64,000 bases of DNA from ANME-2 cluster archaeon (GTDB taxonomy: Archaea; Halobacteriota; Methanosarcinia; Methanosarcinales; Methanocomedenaceae): positions 7,597-71,596 of the forward strand of contig JAHYIS010000004.1 in the NCBI GenBank assembly GCA_019429385.1, read 5' to 3'. Numbering within the stretch: position 1 is the first letter of the stretch; each line of letters begins with the position of its first letter. The notes below the pieces were generated by a model. It ran no database searches, was not told the DNA's origin, and saw only the letters and a program-made list of their open reading frames with translations. A program made the translations under genes and the position numbers. Shown here piece by piece: positions 9,835 through 20,041 of the stretch.

Positions 9835-10233
9835 TCATGAGATTTTCGTACCAGCGTTTGGTCCATAGACCGAGTCATAAACCTCTTCTACATGGAATAT
9901 AAGAACAGCTTTACCAGGCAATTTCTTGGATGAAGCCATTGCTTGAGCTTCATCATACATAGCCCCCTTTTCAAGATAGTCAACTGAACCTTTGACCTGA
10001 TAGGATTTTTTGGATTCAGCATCATAAGCAACCAGGGATAATTTCGGATTGGCTTTAAGGTTATCCGCGGTTTTCTTGAGGAAGTTGTCAACTATCATTA
10101 TTGTCTCATCATCAATGAATTTCCACATGCCGACAAAAATAACATTGGGTTTGCCGGTTTTGTCTGCCGTTGCAATTGGCAGAGGTTTCTGTTTTTGGAT
10201 AACTTCTTTCACTTCAGTGGATAATTTGACCAT
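9835..10233 (-). CDS. Pyridoxamine 5'-phosphate oxidase-like FMN-binding protein
   Basis: IATADKTGKPNV, DNFLKKTADNLKANPK, SYQVKG. Confidence 0.88.
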   Translation of the reverse strand: MVKLSTEVKEVIQKQKPLPIATADKTGKPNVIFVGMWKFIDDETIMIVDNFLKKTADNLKANPKLSLVAYDAESKKSYQVKGSVDYLEKGAMYDEAQAMASSKKLPGKAVLIFHVEEVYDSVYGPNAGTKIS

Positions 10234-10335
10234 ATTGTTCACCATTGATTGTTGTAGTTATTGAGGTTCATAAAGGTTTGGATATATGAACTGTCCTGAT
10301 ACTTTGGCTGGTTAAAACAGAATAATTATATTTTT

Positions 10336-10695
10336 TTAAGCATGGGACTGTATGATCTTGTACCACTGATATGCCATTGTTACAAGTATGAAAATGACTA
10401 CAAAACCGAGAAAATCAAATACTACCTCACCTGGCCCCATATATACAAACTTGTATTGATAGAGAACGGCAAGCCTGTACATTCTCCTGAATATAATTAT
10501 TCCACCAACTATTACCAGGTACAGCCAATTTCGTTCCAGGAATCTCTTATCAAGGAACGCCCTGGCTTTAATGATATCCACACTGGTTTTTTGCCATACG
10601 ATCCAATTTTTTACAACAAAGACTAATCCCAACAATCCCAAAATAATGGATAATATATTAAAAGTCAGAGATAATAAATGATAGGTTTCCAACAT
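10336..10695 (-). CDS. Small membrane protein (about 3 TM)
   Basis: Hydrophobic segments, AGGTGA RBS. Confidence 0.7.
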   Translation of the reverse strand: MLETYHLLSLTFNILSIILGLLGLVFVVKNWIVWQKTSVDIIKARAFLDKRFLERNWLYLVIVGGIIIFRRMYRLAVLYQYKFVYMGPGEVVFDFLGFVVIFILVTMAYQWYKIIQSHA

Positions 10696-10977
10696 TAATC
10701 ACCTTATTTAAGGTTTAAACGTTAACCTATATAAAGTATATATCTACTTTTTTATTTTAATCAAATATTAAATTGTCCAACCATGGTATGGTGATTTATT
10801 CAAGAACAATAAAGGCATTCTTAAATCCGGGAAAAAATAATAAAAAAATAAGCCTGAAATGACACACGGTGTTGAAGACAACAAAAAAATAATAAAGAAA
10901 ACCAGTTATCCCAGGTCATTCAAGTTCGTACTATAAATAGTATTATCCAGAATACATTAATTACGGGGGTCATTGAT

Positions 10978-12429
10978 TTGAAATTCAATAATCTTAAGAT
11001 CATAGCCAGAGAAATTGGAAATCTTTTGCTGATAGTCTGTGTATTATCATTCCTGTCAATATCTATTTCTTTCATATTCAATGAATATCATGCAGCTTTT
11101 GGATTGCTCGTTACGTCTCTTCTCTCGGGAATTGCCGGACTTGCATTAAAATATTCGTGCAAGGGTGCGAGTGACCTCCAATTGAAACATGCAATGGCCA
11201 TCTCATCCATAGCATGGCTTGTTATACCTCTGTTCAGTGCTCTCCCCTATATTCTAGTAGAAAGGATGTCGCCGTTAAATTCGTTCTTTGAAGCAGTCTC
11301 AGGATGGACCGGTACCGGACTGAGCATGATAGTTGCCCCTTCACAACTCACCCATACCATTCAGTTCTGGCGCTCCCTCACTCAATGGATAGGTGGTGTC
11401 GGAGTTATTGTCCTGATGTTAAGCATAATAACCCGGCCAGGTACCATCATGTTCTATTTATATCGTGCCGAGGGACGGGAAGAAAAAATATTTCCGCATA
11501 TCATGGATACTGTGCGAATGATATGGTGGATATACTTCTTTCTTACTTTTATTTCAATACTTCTTCTCCTGGCAGTGGGAATGCCGTTGTGGGATTCAAT
11601 AAATCATGCCATGGTCGCGGTAGGAACAGGTGGTTTTTCAATAAAAGATGCAAGTATAGCCTCATATGACAATCCATTTATTGAACTGGCTCTCATTCCG
11701 ATAATGGTAATAGGTGCAGTTTCATTCCTTGTCCACTATAAAATATTGAAGGGCAATCCAGGTGAATTCCTGAGGGATCTGCAGTGTCGTACTTTACTGA
11801 TTGTGATCATAGTGGCCGCATTCGGTCTTACACTTGAGAATTATCTCCATTTCAGTGATTGGATACTGTCATCCCGGTATTCAATATTCCAGGTTGTTTC
11901 AGCCCTGACATGCACCGGTCTGCAAACAGGAATAATCCATGAATGGACTTCCACTGCCCATATCGTACTCATCCTGGTAATGTTGCTGGGAGGTGCTGCA
12001 GGTTCAACAGCAGGCGGAATTAAACTTATTCGTGGTGTTGCCCTGTATTCGGGAATTGACTGGTGGTTCAAAAAGATCTCACTGCCGGAAAATGCAGTTG
12101 TTGTTCATAAGTTTGGCGAAAAGGTGCTTTCAAGTGATAATATGTACGCCCTTCTCAGCGAAGCCGCACTTATTTCATTTCTGTGGTTTATTTTTCTTAT
12201 CATTGGAATATTTGTCATGCTTCAGATCACTCCGTTATCTTATGATCTGGACGACGTCATATTTGAAGTGGTATCAGCACAGAGCAATGTAGGTCTATCC
12301 ACCGGAATCACGACTCCGGACATGAACTGGGCCGGAAAGATCATGTTGATAATCAATATGTGGATAGGCAGGTTAGAGATCATTCCGATTATTGTGATGT
12401 TCAAGCTAATATTCCGGGGATTTGAATAG
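10978..12429 (+). CDS. trkH: TrkH family potassium uptake membrane protein
   Basis: FEAVSGWTGTG, QWIGGVG, GTGGFS, GGAAGSTAGGIK, SAQSNVGLS, MWIGRLEI. Confidence 0.95.
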   Translation: MKFNNLKIIAREIGNLLLIVCVLSFLSISISFIFNEYHAAFGLLVTSLLSGIAGLALKYSCKGASDLQLKHAMAISSIAWLVIPLFSALPYILVERMSPLNSFFEAVSGWTGTGLSMIVAPSQLTHTIQFWRSLTQWIGGVGVIVLMLSIITRPGTIMFYLYRAEGREEKIFPHIMDTVRMIWWIYFFLTFISILLLLAVGMPLWDSINHAMVAVGTGGFSIKDASIASYDNPFIELALIPIMVIGAVSFLVHYKILKGNPGEFLRDLQCRTLLIVIIVAAFGLTLENYLHFSDWILSSRYSIFQVVSALTCTGLQTGIIHEWTSTAHIVLILVMLLGGAAGSTAGGIKLIRGVALYSGIDWWFKKISLPENAVVVHKFGEKVLSSDNMYALLSEAALISFLWFIFLIIGIFVMLQITPLSYDLDDVIFEVVSAQSNVGLSTGITTPDMNWAGKIMLIINMWIGRLEIIPIIVMFKLIFRGFE

Positions 12430-12486
12430 CAAAAAAGAAAAAAGATTTTTACATTACAGTTCAATTAAAACCGGGTAATCCGGACA

Positions 12487-13401
12487 TTGACAATGGATGC
12501 ATTTTCAATTATTTTAATTATTGTGGGTCTTGCTCTCTTTGAGACAGTGACCAGCATCGACAATGCGGTAATCAATGCAGAAGTGCTCTCGACCATGTCC
12601 ATGAAGGCAAGACGGTGGTTCCTGACATGGGGAATTTTCATTGCAGTCTTTGCCGTCAGAGGCGCATTACCCTGGCTGATTGTCTGGTCATCCCATCCAT
12701 CCCTGGGTCCTGTTGATGCTTTTACAGCCATGTTCAGCAATGACCACGAGATAGCAATGGCCATCGAAGAATCATCACCGGTATTGCTGGTATCAGGCGG
12801 CGTTTTCCTGATATTCCTGTTCTTTCACTGGCTGTTCATCGAGACCAAGAACTACGGTCTCAGGGGCGAGAGATTCTTTTACCGGCACGGGGTATGGTTC
12901 TTTGCAGTAGTGTCCATTATTCTAACTTTAATAACGTGGTTTTCCATTCAGCAGAACCCATTTATGGCATTCGGTGCGGTGCTGGGTTCAACGGCATTTT
13001 TTATTGTTCACGGTTTCAGGCAGAATGCAGAACAGAGGGAGAAAGAACTTATAGGTAATACTCATCTGACCGACTGGAGTAAGATCATGTATCTGGAAGT
13101 TATCGATGCAACATTTTCTATTGATGGTGTGGTAGGTGCATTCGCATTTACTCTTTCAGTCCCGTTGATCCTGGTCGGGAACGGTATCGGTGCCATAATG
13201 GTGCGCAATCTCACAATGAGCAACATTGACAGGATAAAAAAATATCTATATCTGAAAAATGGAGCGATGTATTCAATTTTTTTCCTGGGAATGATCATGG
13301 TGCTGGACAGTTTTCAATTCCATATTCCACCCTGGCTGTCACCAGTGATAACATTTTTAATAATCAGTTATTTCTTTTTAAAGTCACGAAGGTTCCTATG
13401 A
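12487..13401 (+). CDS. DUF475 / TerC-like membrane protein
   Basis: SIDNAVINA, WFLTWGIFIAVF, YLEVIDATFSIDGVVGAFA, YLKNGAMYSI. Confidence 0.85.
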   Translation: MTMDAFSIILIIVGLALFETVTSIDNAVINAEVLSTMSMKARRWFLTWGIFIAVFAVRGALPWLIVWSSHPSLGPVDAFTAMFSNDHEIAMAIEESSPVLLVSGGVFLIFLFFHWLFIETKNYGLRGERFFYRHGVWFFAVVSIILTLITWFSIQQNPFMAFGAVLGSTAFFIVHGFRQNAEQREKELIGNTHLTDWSKIMYLEVIDATFSIDGVVGAFAFTLSVPLILVGNGIGAIMVRNLTMSNIDRIKKYLYLKNGAMYSIFFLGMIMVLDSFQFHIPPWLSPVITFLIISYFFLKSRRFL

Positions 13402-13495
13402 ATCATTGATAGTATCCAAGGGAAATATGAATTATTTACTCAATTATTTTCATAGTGACGGATTACCGATTAATTATAATTGATAGTTATCACAG

Positions 13496-13990
13496 TTACT
13501 TGCCCGTGTTACTCTTTTTTACCTGTTCGATAACTGTTCTGCCACCGTTGACATTAAAAACCGTGTTGTGTATTATCAGATTTTCACCAGTAGAATAGTA
13601 AATTATAGCTGCGGCAACTATCGCAAAGGGACAGGTATGTTTTTTCTCAGATAAAATCATATGTGAATTCTTTTTGGCAAATTCACATTGTTTCACTTCA
13701 AAGACATGCGTTCCATTTACCTGTTCGATAGTTACCTCATTGAAGTATTTTGATGAATTAAGATTATCAATATAAACTTGCAGGTTCTCCTGCATACTTT
13801 TTGACTTACTTATATAACCGATATCACCTAATTCAAATGTAGTCTTCAATTCTTTTATAAGTTCCTGGAGAATTGCTTTGCTGGTGGTTCCAACTAAATT
13901 TTCATGTGCTCGTTCATAACTAAAAATAACATGGTGTAAAAGAATGGTTATTTTTTAAAAATCATCAATAGTTGATTCGGTTTGCTTGTT
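13496..13990 (-). pseudogene. Probable interrupted gene for a small V4R/methanogen-output-like protein
   Basis: ORF 13496-13849 (C.F...CPF.I) extends upstream in frame without a start codon, through a TAA at 13955-13957 (TIDDF*KITILLHHVIFSYERAHENLVGTTSKAILQEL). Confidence 0.45.
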
Positions 13991-14173
13991 ACTCTCTAAA
14001 ATTAATGATTTGTAAAGTATATAATATTTGTCATTATGTTTTTTACCGGTTATCCCGAAACATTGAATTTATCGCCTTGACATCTACGCAAAATAAGACC
14101 GTGTAATGTGGGTATATCCCGTAAGAACATTCGCGACCACAATGCCACAATCCAAATAGATATCAATAATTGA

Positions 14174-14758
14174 ATGATTCTTATACCGATGTCAGTCGTG
14201 GACAGGGTAAAAGCCACCCTGAAAATAGAGAACATGGTAGCCTCCACATCAGTAGGCGATTATGTCGACCTGGTACACGCGGCAGAATTGTTCGAGGGGG
14301 CAGAGTATGACCCTGAACATTTTTCAGGTGTTATTGTCAGGTTGAAAGAACCCTCAAGTACAGTCCTGGTATTCAGGAGCGGTAAAATGGTTTCAACTGG
14401 CGCCAAGGGCTACGAGATTGTTGAGGATGGCATTGGCAGGGTAGTGGAAGCATTGTACGGTGCAGGACTCATTCCGGAGATAGTTCCCTACATCCAGTAT
14501 AAGAACATCGTATTCTCGGCAAACCTTGGTGTACAGCTGAACATGAATAAAGTAGCACTGGGTCTTGGTCTTGAGAATGTGGAATATGAACCGGATACAT
14601 TCCCTGGCATGGTGTACCGTTTATTCGTACCAAAGGTAGTCATATTGATATTCAGTACAGGCAGACTGGTCATAACTGGTTGTAAAGAATATGATGATGC
14701 ATTGGAAGCATTAGATATAATTGTCCGGGACCTGGAAGAAATGGGTATTCTGGAATAG
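14174..14758 (+). CDS. tbp: TATA-box binding protein (divergent paralog)
   Basis: Two TBP repeats: IENMVAS, YDPEHFSG, LVFRSGKMVSTGAK; NIVFS, EYEPDTFPGMVYR, IFSTGRLVITG. Confidence 0.92.
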   Translation: MILIPMSVVDRVKATLKIENMVASTSVGDYVDLVHAAELFEGAEYDPEHFSGVIVRLKEPSSTVLVFRSGKMVSTGAKGYEIVEDGIGRVVEALYGAGLIPEIVPYIQYKNIVFSANLGVQLNMNKVALGLGLENVEYEPDTFPGMVYRLFVPKVVILIFSTGRLVITGCKEYDDALEALDIIVRDLEEMGILE

Positions 14759-14813
14759 AATTACTCTTTTTTTATACACGCGTGAAGTATTGTACTATGA
14801 GAATATTCTACCA

Positions 14814-14925
14814 GATACAGGATCTCATGAAAAGGATCCATTCATGTTACATGGATGAGAAGTACCTGGATATCCAGGAAGTGCTTGTGATACAGGATCT
14901 CATGAAAAGGATCCATTCATGTTAC
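14814..14925. repeat. Exact 37-bp direct repeat pair separated by 38 bp
   Basis: GATACAGGATCTCATGAAAAGGATCCATTCATGTTAC at 14814-14850 and 14889-14925. Confidence 0.92.
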
Positions 14926-15295
14926 TGGAATCACTATACGTCTGTATGAATTCATAAAAGTCGCTTCCATAAGCCTCTTCCAGATGTTCCATTATTCCAT
15001 GCGATATCAATTCCGCCATCTCTTTCTCCCCTGCAACGGGTGAATATACATAACGCAGTTTTGAACCTGACTGGATGGTCTCCCTGGTCACATATCCCGC
15101 ATCTTCAAGCCTGGAAAGGAGACCTGATACCGTAGCAATTTTCAATACCCTGTTATTCTTTGATAGATATTGCTGTATCTGCGTACTGTTCAGAGTTCTT
15201 TTTTCCCACAGTATCTGGAGTATTTCGACCTCGTAAGGACTCATGAATTTCACCAGTCCTTTTTTTTCCAGATTTATGTGATGTATTCTGACCAC
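14900..15295 (-). CDS. BlaI/MecI/CopY family transcriptional repressor
   Basis: SPYEVEILQILWE...TVSGLLSRLEDAGYVTR...YVYSP; start reassigned to GTG 15295, about 25 nt after a TTTATATA box. Confidence 0.85.
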   Translation of the reverse strand: MVRIHHINLEKKGLVKFMSPYEVEILQILWEKRTLNSTQIQQYLSKNNRVLKIATVSGLLSRLEDAGYVTRETIQSGSKLRYVYSPVAGEKEMAELISHGIMEHLEEAYGSDFYEFIQTYSDSSNMNGSFS

Positions 15296-15299
15296 GAGT

Positions 15300-15316
15300 T
15301 TTACAGTAGGTGTAAA
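15300..15316. promoter_or_regulatory. Palindromic operator TTTACA-N5-TGTAAA (site 1)
   Basis: TTTACAgtaggTGTAAA between the TATA box and start of the BlaI-family gene. Confidence 0.75.
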
Positions 15317-15426
15317 GTATATAAATGTTTGCACCAGAATTGAAAATAACGCTTAGGACTGACGTTTTTAAAATCGTATGGTGAAATTTGAATGTTATTT
15401 TAAGCGAAAGGATAATAAACACGCAG

Positions 15427-15463
15427 TTTACAATAGGTGTAAATACTATACAGTAAGTGTAAA
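15427..15463. promoter_or_regulatory. Two tandem operators TWTACA-N5-TGTAAA (sites 2 and 3)
   Basis: TTTACAataggTGTAAA 15427-15443 and TATACAgtaagTGTAAA 15447-15463, upstream of the thioredoxin-ccdA-ccmF operon. Confidence 0.75.
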
Positions 15464-15507
15464 CACACGGACGTAAGCAATAGAATAGTAAATTTGGACG
15501 GTAAGAG

Positions 15508-15996
15508 ATGTTCAATAAAAGACCGATAATTCTGGCAATCCTGGCAGGCATTGTGATAATTTCAGCTTCAGTTTATCTCTTAAATCAAAACGACAACGCA
15601 ACAGCACTTCCTGATGAAGTGAACACTACAACCCTGAATCTGGGCCAGCTCACGTTCCAGACCTCGATTGGCGATGCAATGCACCGCGCGCAGTCAGAGA
15701 ACAAAATGATATTTATTTACGGCAGGTCGCTATCCTGCGGCTGGTGCAAGAAATTCGAAGCCGAGTCGTTCAATGATGAACGAATCACGAGTTTACTCAA
15801 CGAGAATTTTGTTCTTCTGTCCATCGATACAGTCGAACAGAGGGATATTGCCATCAATCTTGGCATAAGAGCCACCCCCACTTCCATTTTTACCACACCG
15901 GACGGCCAGGAAATAATTGGCACAAGAATTCCCGGATATATGGACCAGGACTCCTTCTATGAACACCTGAATGAAGTAATCAACAACGAGGTATAA
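15508..15996 (+). CDS. Membrane-anchored thioredoxin-like protein
   Basis: N-terminal TM, CGWC, cis-Pro loop ATPT. Confidence 0.85.
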   Translation: MFNKRPIILAILAGIVIISASVYLLNQNDNATALPDEVNTTTLNLGQLTFQTSIGDAMHRAQSENKMIFIYGRSLSCGWCKKFEAESFNDERITSLLNENFVLLSIDTVEQRDIAINLGIRATPTSIFTTPDGQEIIGTRIPGYMDQDSFYEHLNEVINNEV

Positions 15997-15997
15997 C

Positions 15998-17257
15998 ATG
16001 GCAGCAAAGAAGAAACTAAACAGAGCCGCAAATCAATCACAGGGGGCAGTCGCCCCTTCAAAAAACCGCAGGAAAAAAGAGCACAATAAATTATTAATAT
16101 ACGCCGTCGCCGGAGTCGTAATACTTGCCGGTGCATATTTCATAATGAGCAATAACACCCAGGCTGATAATTATGATGACCTGAACCTTCCAAGCTACGC
16201 ATATAATAACCCGGTAACCCTGAAGGCTTATGGATACACCCTGAAAAATCCTGAAGTAGTTGAGAAGATACCCTGTTATTGCGGGTGCGGCGGAATGGGC
16301 CATAAGAGCCTGAAAAACTGCTTCATCTCTGACGAGGGAGTGTATTCCAGCCATGCTTCCAACTGTGACATCTGTGTTGGCGAGGTCATCAGGATAAAGA
16401 ACCTGTTCGACTCGGGCATGTATATATCAGAAATAAAGGATGTCATCGATGGTGAATACAGCAGGTACGGACCCAACAACGGAGGAGTTCCAATCTCGCA
16501 GGACTTCAATATCAACACGATAAGTGCAATAAGCAGCGCCCCATCACCCAGACAGGCCCCTGATGTGGATTACAGCAAACTTGAAATGAAATACGGTTTC
16601 AGGAGCCTTGCTAACGGTCTTAACATGACCCCGAAAGGAGTGATATGGGGCCAGTTCGTCAATATGAAACTGGTTGATGGTACCCCTCTCAAAGAATATG
16701 GCGTGACAAGGATACAGCCTCCCGGATTCTATGGAGTGCCGCTCGTTAGCATGTTCAGTGCCGATTACAGCCAGGACTCATGGATAGAGCTTCATGATAT
16801 AGGATATACCGACACTGGCATATTACCGGTGAATGAGCCGGGCATGAGCAATATTGTAACGACCAGGCCTTTTATCTTCGGGCATACTTACAATGTGCAG
16901 CAGACCAGCCTGCTTATTACCGGCACATCGAATCTGGAAAATTCTTATGGTGACTACAAGATACTGCTTGATGAGGTCGACGGTGAAAATACAGCCATAG
17001 GCATGGTAGGAATTCCCAGGACCCGTTACTCTGATACATTCTACAGCGGTTTGAATGATGCCGGGAACGGACTGGTTCAGCACGAACTGGTATATCACCT
17101 GGTACAGAATGGCGAGATACTGGTCTCAGAGTACAGGACAAGGGCATCCAACAGTCTTGCATCAGGATTTACCCGGTATGATGTTGAGCAGACCGGCGAT
17201 CTGTTGACGGTGACCATCGTGGGCACCCTGGATAATGTACTGGCCGAAACCCAATAA
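15998..17257 (+). CDS. PCYCGC-motif protein with large C-terminal extension
   Basis: TM anchor, IPCYCGC, H.SLKNCF, HASNCDIC. Confidence 0.85.
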   Translation: MAAKKKLNRAANQSQGAVAPSKNRRKKEHNKLLIYAVAGVVILAGAYFIMSNNTQADNYDDLNLPSYAYNNPVTLKAYGYTLKNPEVVEKIPCYCGCGGMGHKSLKNCFISDEGVYSSHASNCDICVGEVIRIKNLFDSGMYISEIKDVIDGEYSRYGPNNGGVPISQDFNINTISAISSAPSPRQAPDVDYSKLEMKYGFRSLANGLNMTPKGVIWGQFVNMKLVDGTPLKEYGVTRIQPPGFYGVPLVSMFSADYSQDSWIELHDIGYTDTGILPVNEPGMSNIVTTRPFIFGHTYNVQQTSLLITGTSNLENSYGDYKILLDEVDGENTAIGMVGIPRTRYSDTFYSGLNDAGNGLVQHELVYHLVQNGEILVSEYRTRASNSLASGFTRYDVEQTGDLLTVTIVGTLDNVLAETQ

Positions 17258-17268
17258 GGAGTACAGGC

Positions 17269-17991
17269 ATGGAAGTCCAGGCACCGTCCCTTGTATTGGC
17301 ATTCGCGGCAGGGTTATTGACCATCCTGACACCCTGCATCCTGCCTATCCTGCCAGCTGTACTGGCGGGTTCACAGGGAAGCAGGTTTCGCCCGGTATCA
17401 ATAGTCCTGGGCATGTCTCTCTCGTTCACCCTGATGGGGGGTGTGATATCTGCTGTTGGCTCTTCGATATTTGAATTAGGAGAATACCTCAGGTGGTTTG
17501 CCATTTTCTTTATCACCGGTATGGGTGCCGTGATGTTTGACGAAGATATTAACAACATCTATGTCGGCTTATCCAGCAGGGTACTGGAAGCGGTCCGGTC
17601 CGTGTTGAAGCCCCTGACCAGCAGGGGACCGGATATCCAGGGACAGGGTATGCTGGGCGGCTTTGCACTGGGTTCATCCCTCGGTTTCATGTGGATACCC
17701 TGTGTCGGCCCCATCCTTGGCTCCATACTCCTGTTCGCCAGCCTGAAAGGAAATACCGAGTACGGCATGTTGATGCTCATGGTATATTCTATCGGAGTAG
17801 GTATTCCCATGCTGATAATCGCATATTCGGGAAAATATGCAGCTGCGAACTTCAGATGGTTGATGCCATACACTCCCTGGTTCAAGAAACTCTCAGGCCT
17901 GGTGCTGATACTGGTTGGATTGATGATACTGTTCGGTATCGACAAGATGATACAAGCGGCTCTGCTGCCCTTTATTCCGCCAATAATATAG
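17269..17991 (+). CDS. ccdA: Cytochrome c biogenesis protein CcdA
   Basis: AGLLTILTPCILP and WIPCVGPILGSIL; multiple TM helices. Confidence 0.92.
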   Translation: MEVQAPSLVLAFAAGLLTILTPCILPILPAVLAGSQGSRFRPVSIVLGMSLSFTLMGGVISAVGSSIFELGEYLRWFAIFFITGMGAVMFDEDINNIYVGLSSRVLEAVRSVLKPLTSRGPDIQGQGMLGGFALGSSLGFMWIPCVGPILGSILLFASLKGNTEYGMLMLMVYSIGVGIPMLIIAYSGKYAAANFRWLMPYTPWFKKLSGLVLILVGLMILFGIDKMIQAALLPFIPPII

Positions 17992-18007
17992 GAGGACGGA
18001 CACTGCC

Positions 18008-19477
18008 ATGAAAAAAACCGGTATAAAAAAAGTTGTATCTGCTACCATGACCACACCTGCATATCCGGATGAACGGGGCCGGAACATCGTTAGACAGAAA
18101 AGGACCCTTAAACAGGAACCTGACCTGTTTGAACATACGCCTGGTAATTATCTTGAATCCGGTATTATCTCCCGCATCCTGAGGTGGCCGCAATACCAGA
18201 CGGCTGTCCATATCCTCACTACTGCCGTATTCCTGCTAATAATCTACTCAGGGCTTACCGGCGGCAACGACCAGAAGATGGTCGAAGGCAGCGTGTTCGC
18301 AACAGCTTTTGTGTGGGATATATGGCACCCGCTCCTGGCCTTTTCCATCCTTATCATCGGACGTTTCTGGTGTTCGGTCTGCCCGTTGGGCGCCATTCAT
18401 TCCTGGGTAAGCCGTACTTTTAGCCTGAACCGCAAATATCCTGAAAAGTTCAGGAATGTGTGGATTGCCATTGCACTGTTCATATTTGTCACTGCTGCCG
18501 AGCGACACCTGTTCAGGTTCACCCGCAACCCTGAGGCTACTGCATTCCTGCTGTTGACCTTCCTTGGCATTGCGATAGTAATGGGCATGGTATACGAGAA
18601 GCGCACCTTTTGCAAATTCGTCTGTCCGACCGGACTGGTGCTGGGAGTGTTCAGCATGATATCCGGCAGTGAATTGCGCTGCTCATCGAAGGATGTATGC
18701 AAGGCGCATAAGGATAAGGAATGCCTCACCGGTAATGAGCACGGTCACGGCTGCCCCATGTACGAGTTCCCCCAGACCATGGAACGCAATAACTCCTGCA
18801 TTTATTGCACCCAATGCATCAAAACCTGCTCAAAAAACAACATCCGCGTGAGTACCCGCCCCCTGGGAATGGACGTGCTTAAATCAAAAAAGGTGTACCC
18901 TGACGAGGCCTTCTTCGTGCATTCAATCACTGTCATAATGTTCTTCCTTATGGGTATGGAACACACGCCGTTCCGTAACAGGATTATCGAACTGGTGCAC
19001 TGGCTGGGTATCGACCGAAACATCATGGCGGTGGTCATCCTGACCGGTATCAGTATATCTGCAGTTCTGTTGATGTACCTGGCAATGCGCGGTACACACG
19101 ACCAGCAACATGCCCGGAACCGGTTCGTATCCTATTCCTACGCGTTCATACCTCTGGGACTGGCCGCATACATGGCATGGAACCTGTTCAAACTGATTCG
19201 GGGCATCTTCTTTGGGATGTATGAAGTCACTCACTGGGCCGGGTTGAACATCATCAACGGCAATCCATCCCTGGACTACGGGACCATTAACCTGTTACAG
19301 ATACTGATATTGATTGCCGGGTTTGTATTTTCCCTCTGGTTAGGATATGGGCTGTCCCGGAGCCAGAACGGCAACAGACTGGCAGGTTCAGGAATTGCAG
19401 GTGCGTTTGCGGTCATGACTTTGTACACAGCCATAGGTCTGTGGATACTTACCCTGCCTGTGCTGGACATGACCTGA
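18008..19477 (+). CDS. Membrane 4Fe-4S protein (NapH/MauN-like)
   Basis: GRFWCSVCP, RTFCKFVCP, CIYCTQCIKTC, many TM helices. Confidence 0.85.
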   Translation: MKKTGIKKVVSATMTTPAYPDERGRNIVRQKRTLKQEPDLFEHTPGNYLESGIISRILRWPQYQTAVHILTTAVFLLIIYSGLTGGNDQKMVEGSVFATAFVWDIWHPLLAFSILIIGRFWCSVCPLGAIHSWVSRTFSLNRKYPEKFRNVWIAIALFIFVTAAERHLFRFTRNPEATAFLLLTFLGIAIVMGMVYEKRTFCKFVCPTGLVLGVFSMISGSELRCSSKDVCKAHKDKECLTGNEHGHGCPMYEFPQTMERNNSCIYCTQCIKTCSKNNIRVSTRPLGMDVLKSKKVYPDEAFFVHSITVIMFFLMGMEHTPFRNRIIELVHWLGIDRNIMAVVILTGISISAVLLMYLAMRGTHDQQHARNRFVSYSYAFIPLGLAAYMAWNLFKLIRGIFFGMYEVTHWAGLNIINGNPSLDYGTINLLQILILIAGFVFSLWLGYGLSRSQNGNRLAGSGIAGAFAVMTLYTAIGLWILTLPVLDMT

Positions 19478-19564
19478 TGAATGAAATATTGCATTGACAA
19501 TAATAATCAGAATAATAAACCGACCAAAATACAATGATATAAAAACAGCAGCGGAAGTAATGAA

Positions 19565-20041
19565 ATGAGAACCAAGAAAGCAATAACCCTCGTAGTATTG
19601 GTACTGGTGATAGGCTTCCTGTACCTCACAATGAACAACTCGGTGGTGCTCAGTGATGAGAACTACGCGTACCTGTCAGATTTCCAGTGGCATAAGAACC
19701 TGGATGAAGGTATGGCCATTTCCAGGGAAGAGAACAAACCTGTATTTGTCTATTTCTGGGCCGTTTGGTGCCAGTATTGTGAGAAATTCGAGACCCAGAC
19801 CCTGACCGACCCCCGGATACGGCAGATGCTGGAAGAAGATTTCGTGATGGTGGCCATCGACCTGGACGAGGATAACGTGGTTCCCGCACGGTACGGTGTC
19901 AGTTACCCGCCCCATGAACTGTTCGTGGACGGTAACGGGAAAGTGATCGACAGGGTGGGGGGTTATGTCGATGCCGATTATTTCTACCAATTACTGAAGT
20001 CGGTCAAGGCAAATTACGATTCTACTCATGGAGGACAATAA
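19565..20041 (+). CDS. Membrane-anchored thioredoxin (CcmG-like role inferred)
   Basis: TM anchor, WAVWCQYC. Confidence 0.88.
   Translation: MRTKKAITLVVLVLVIGFLYLTMNNSVVLSDENYAYLSDFQWHKNLDEGMAISREENKPVFVYFWAVWCQYCEKFETQTLTDPRIRQMLEEDFVMVAIDLDEDNVVPARYGVSYPPHELFVDGNGKVIDRVGGYVDADYFYQLLKSVKANYDSTHGGQ

Noticed and set aside
14814..14925. Bona fide CRISPR array
   Set aside because: Only two repeats, one overlapping a CDS end; no leader or cas genes; kept as a repeat finding.
15296..15334. Track's longer N-terminus for the BlaI-family gene
   Set aside because: The segment contains the TATA box and operator; GTG at 15295 fits better.
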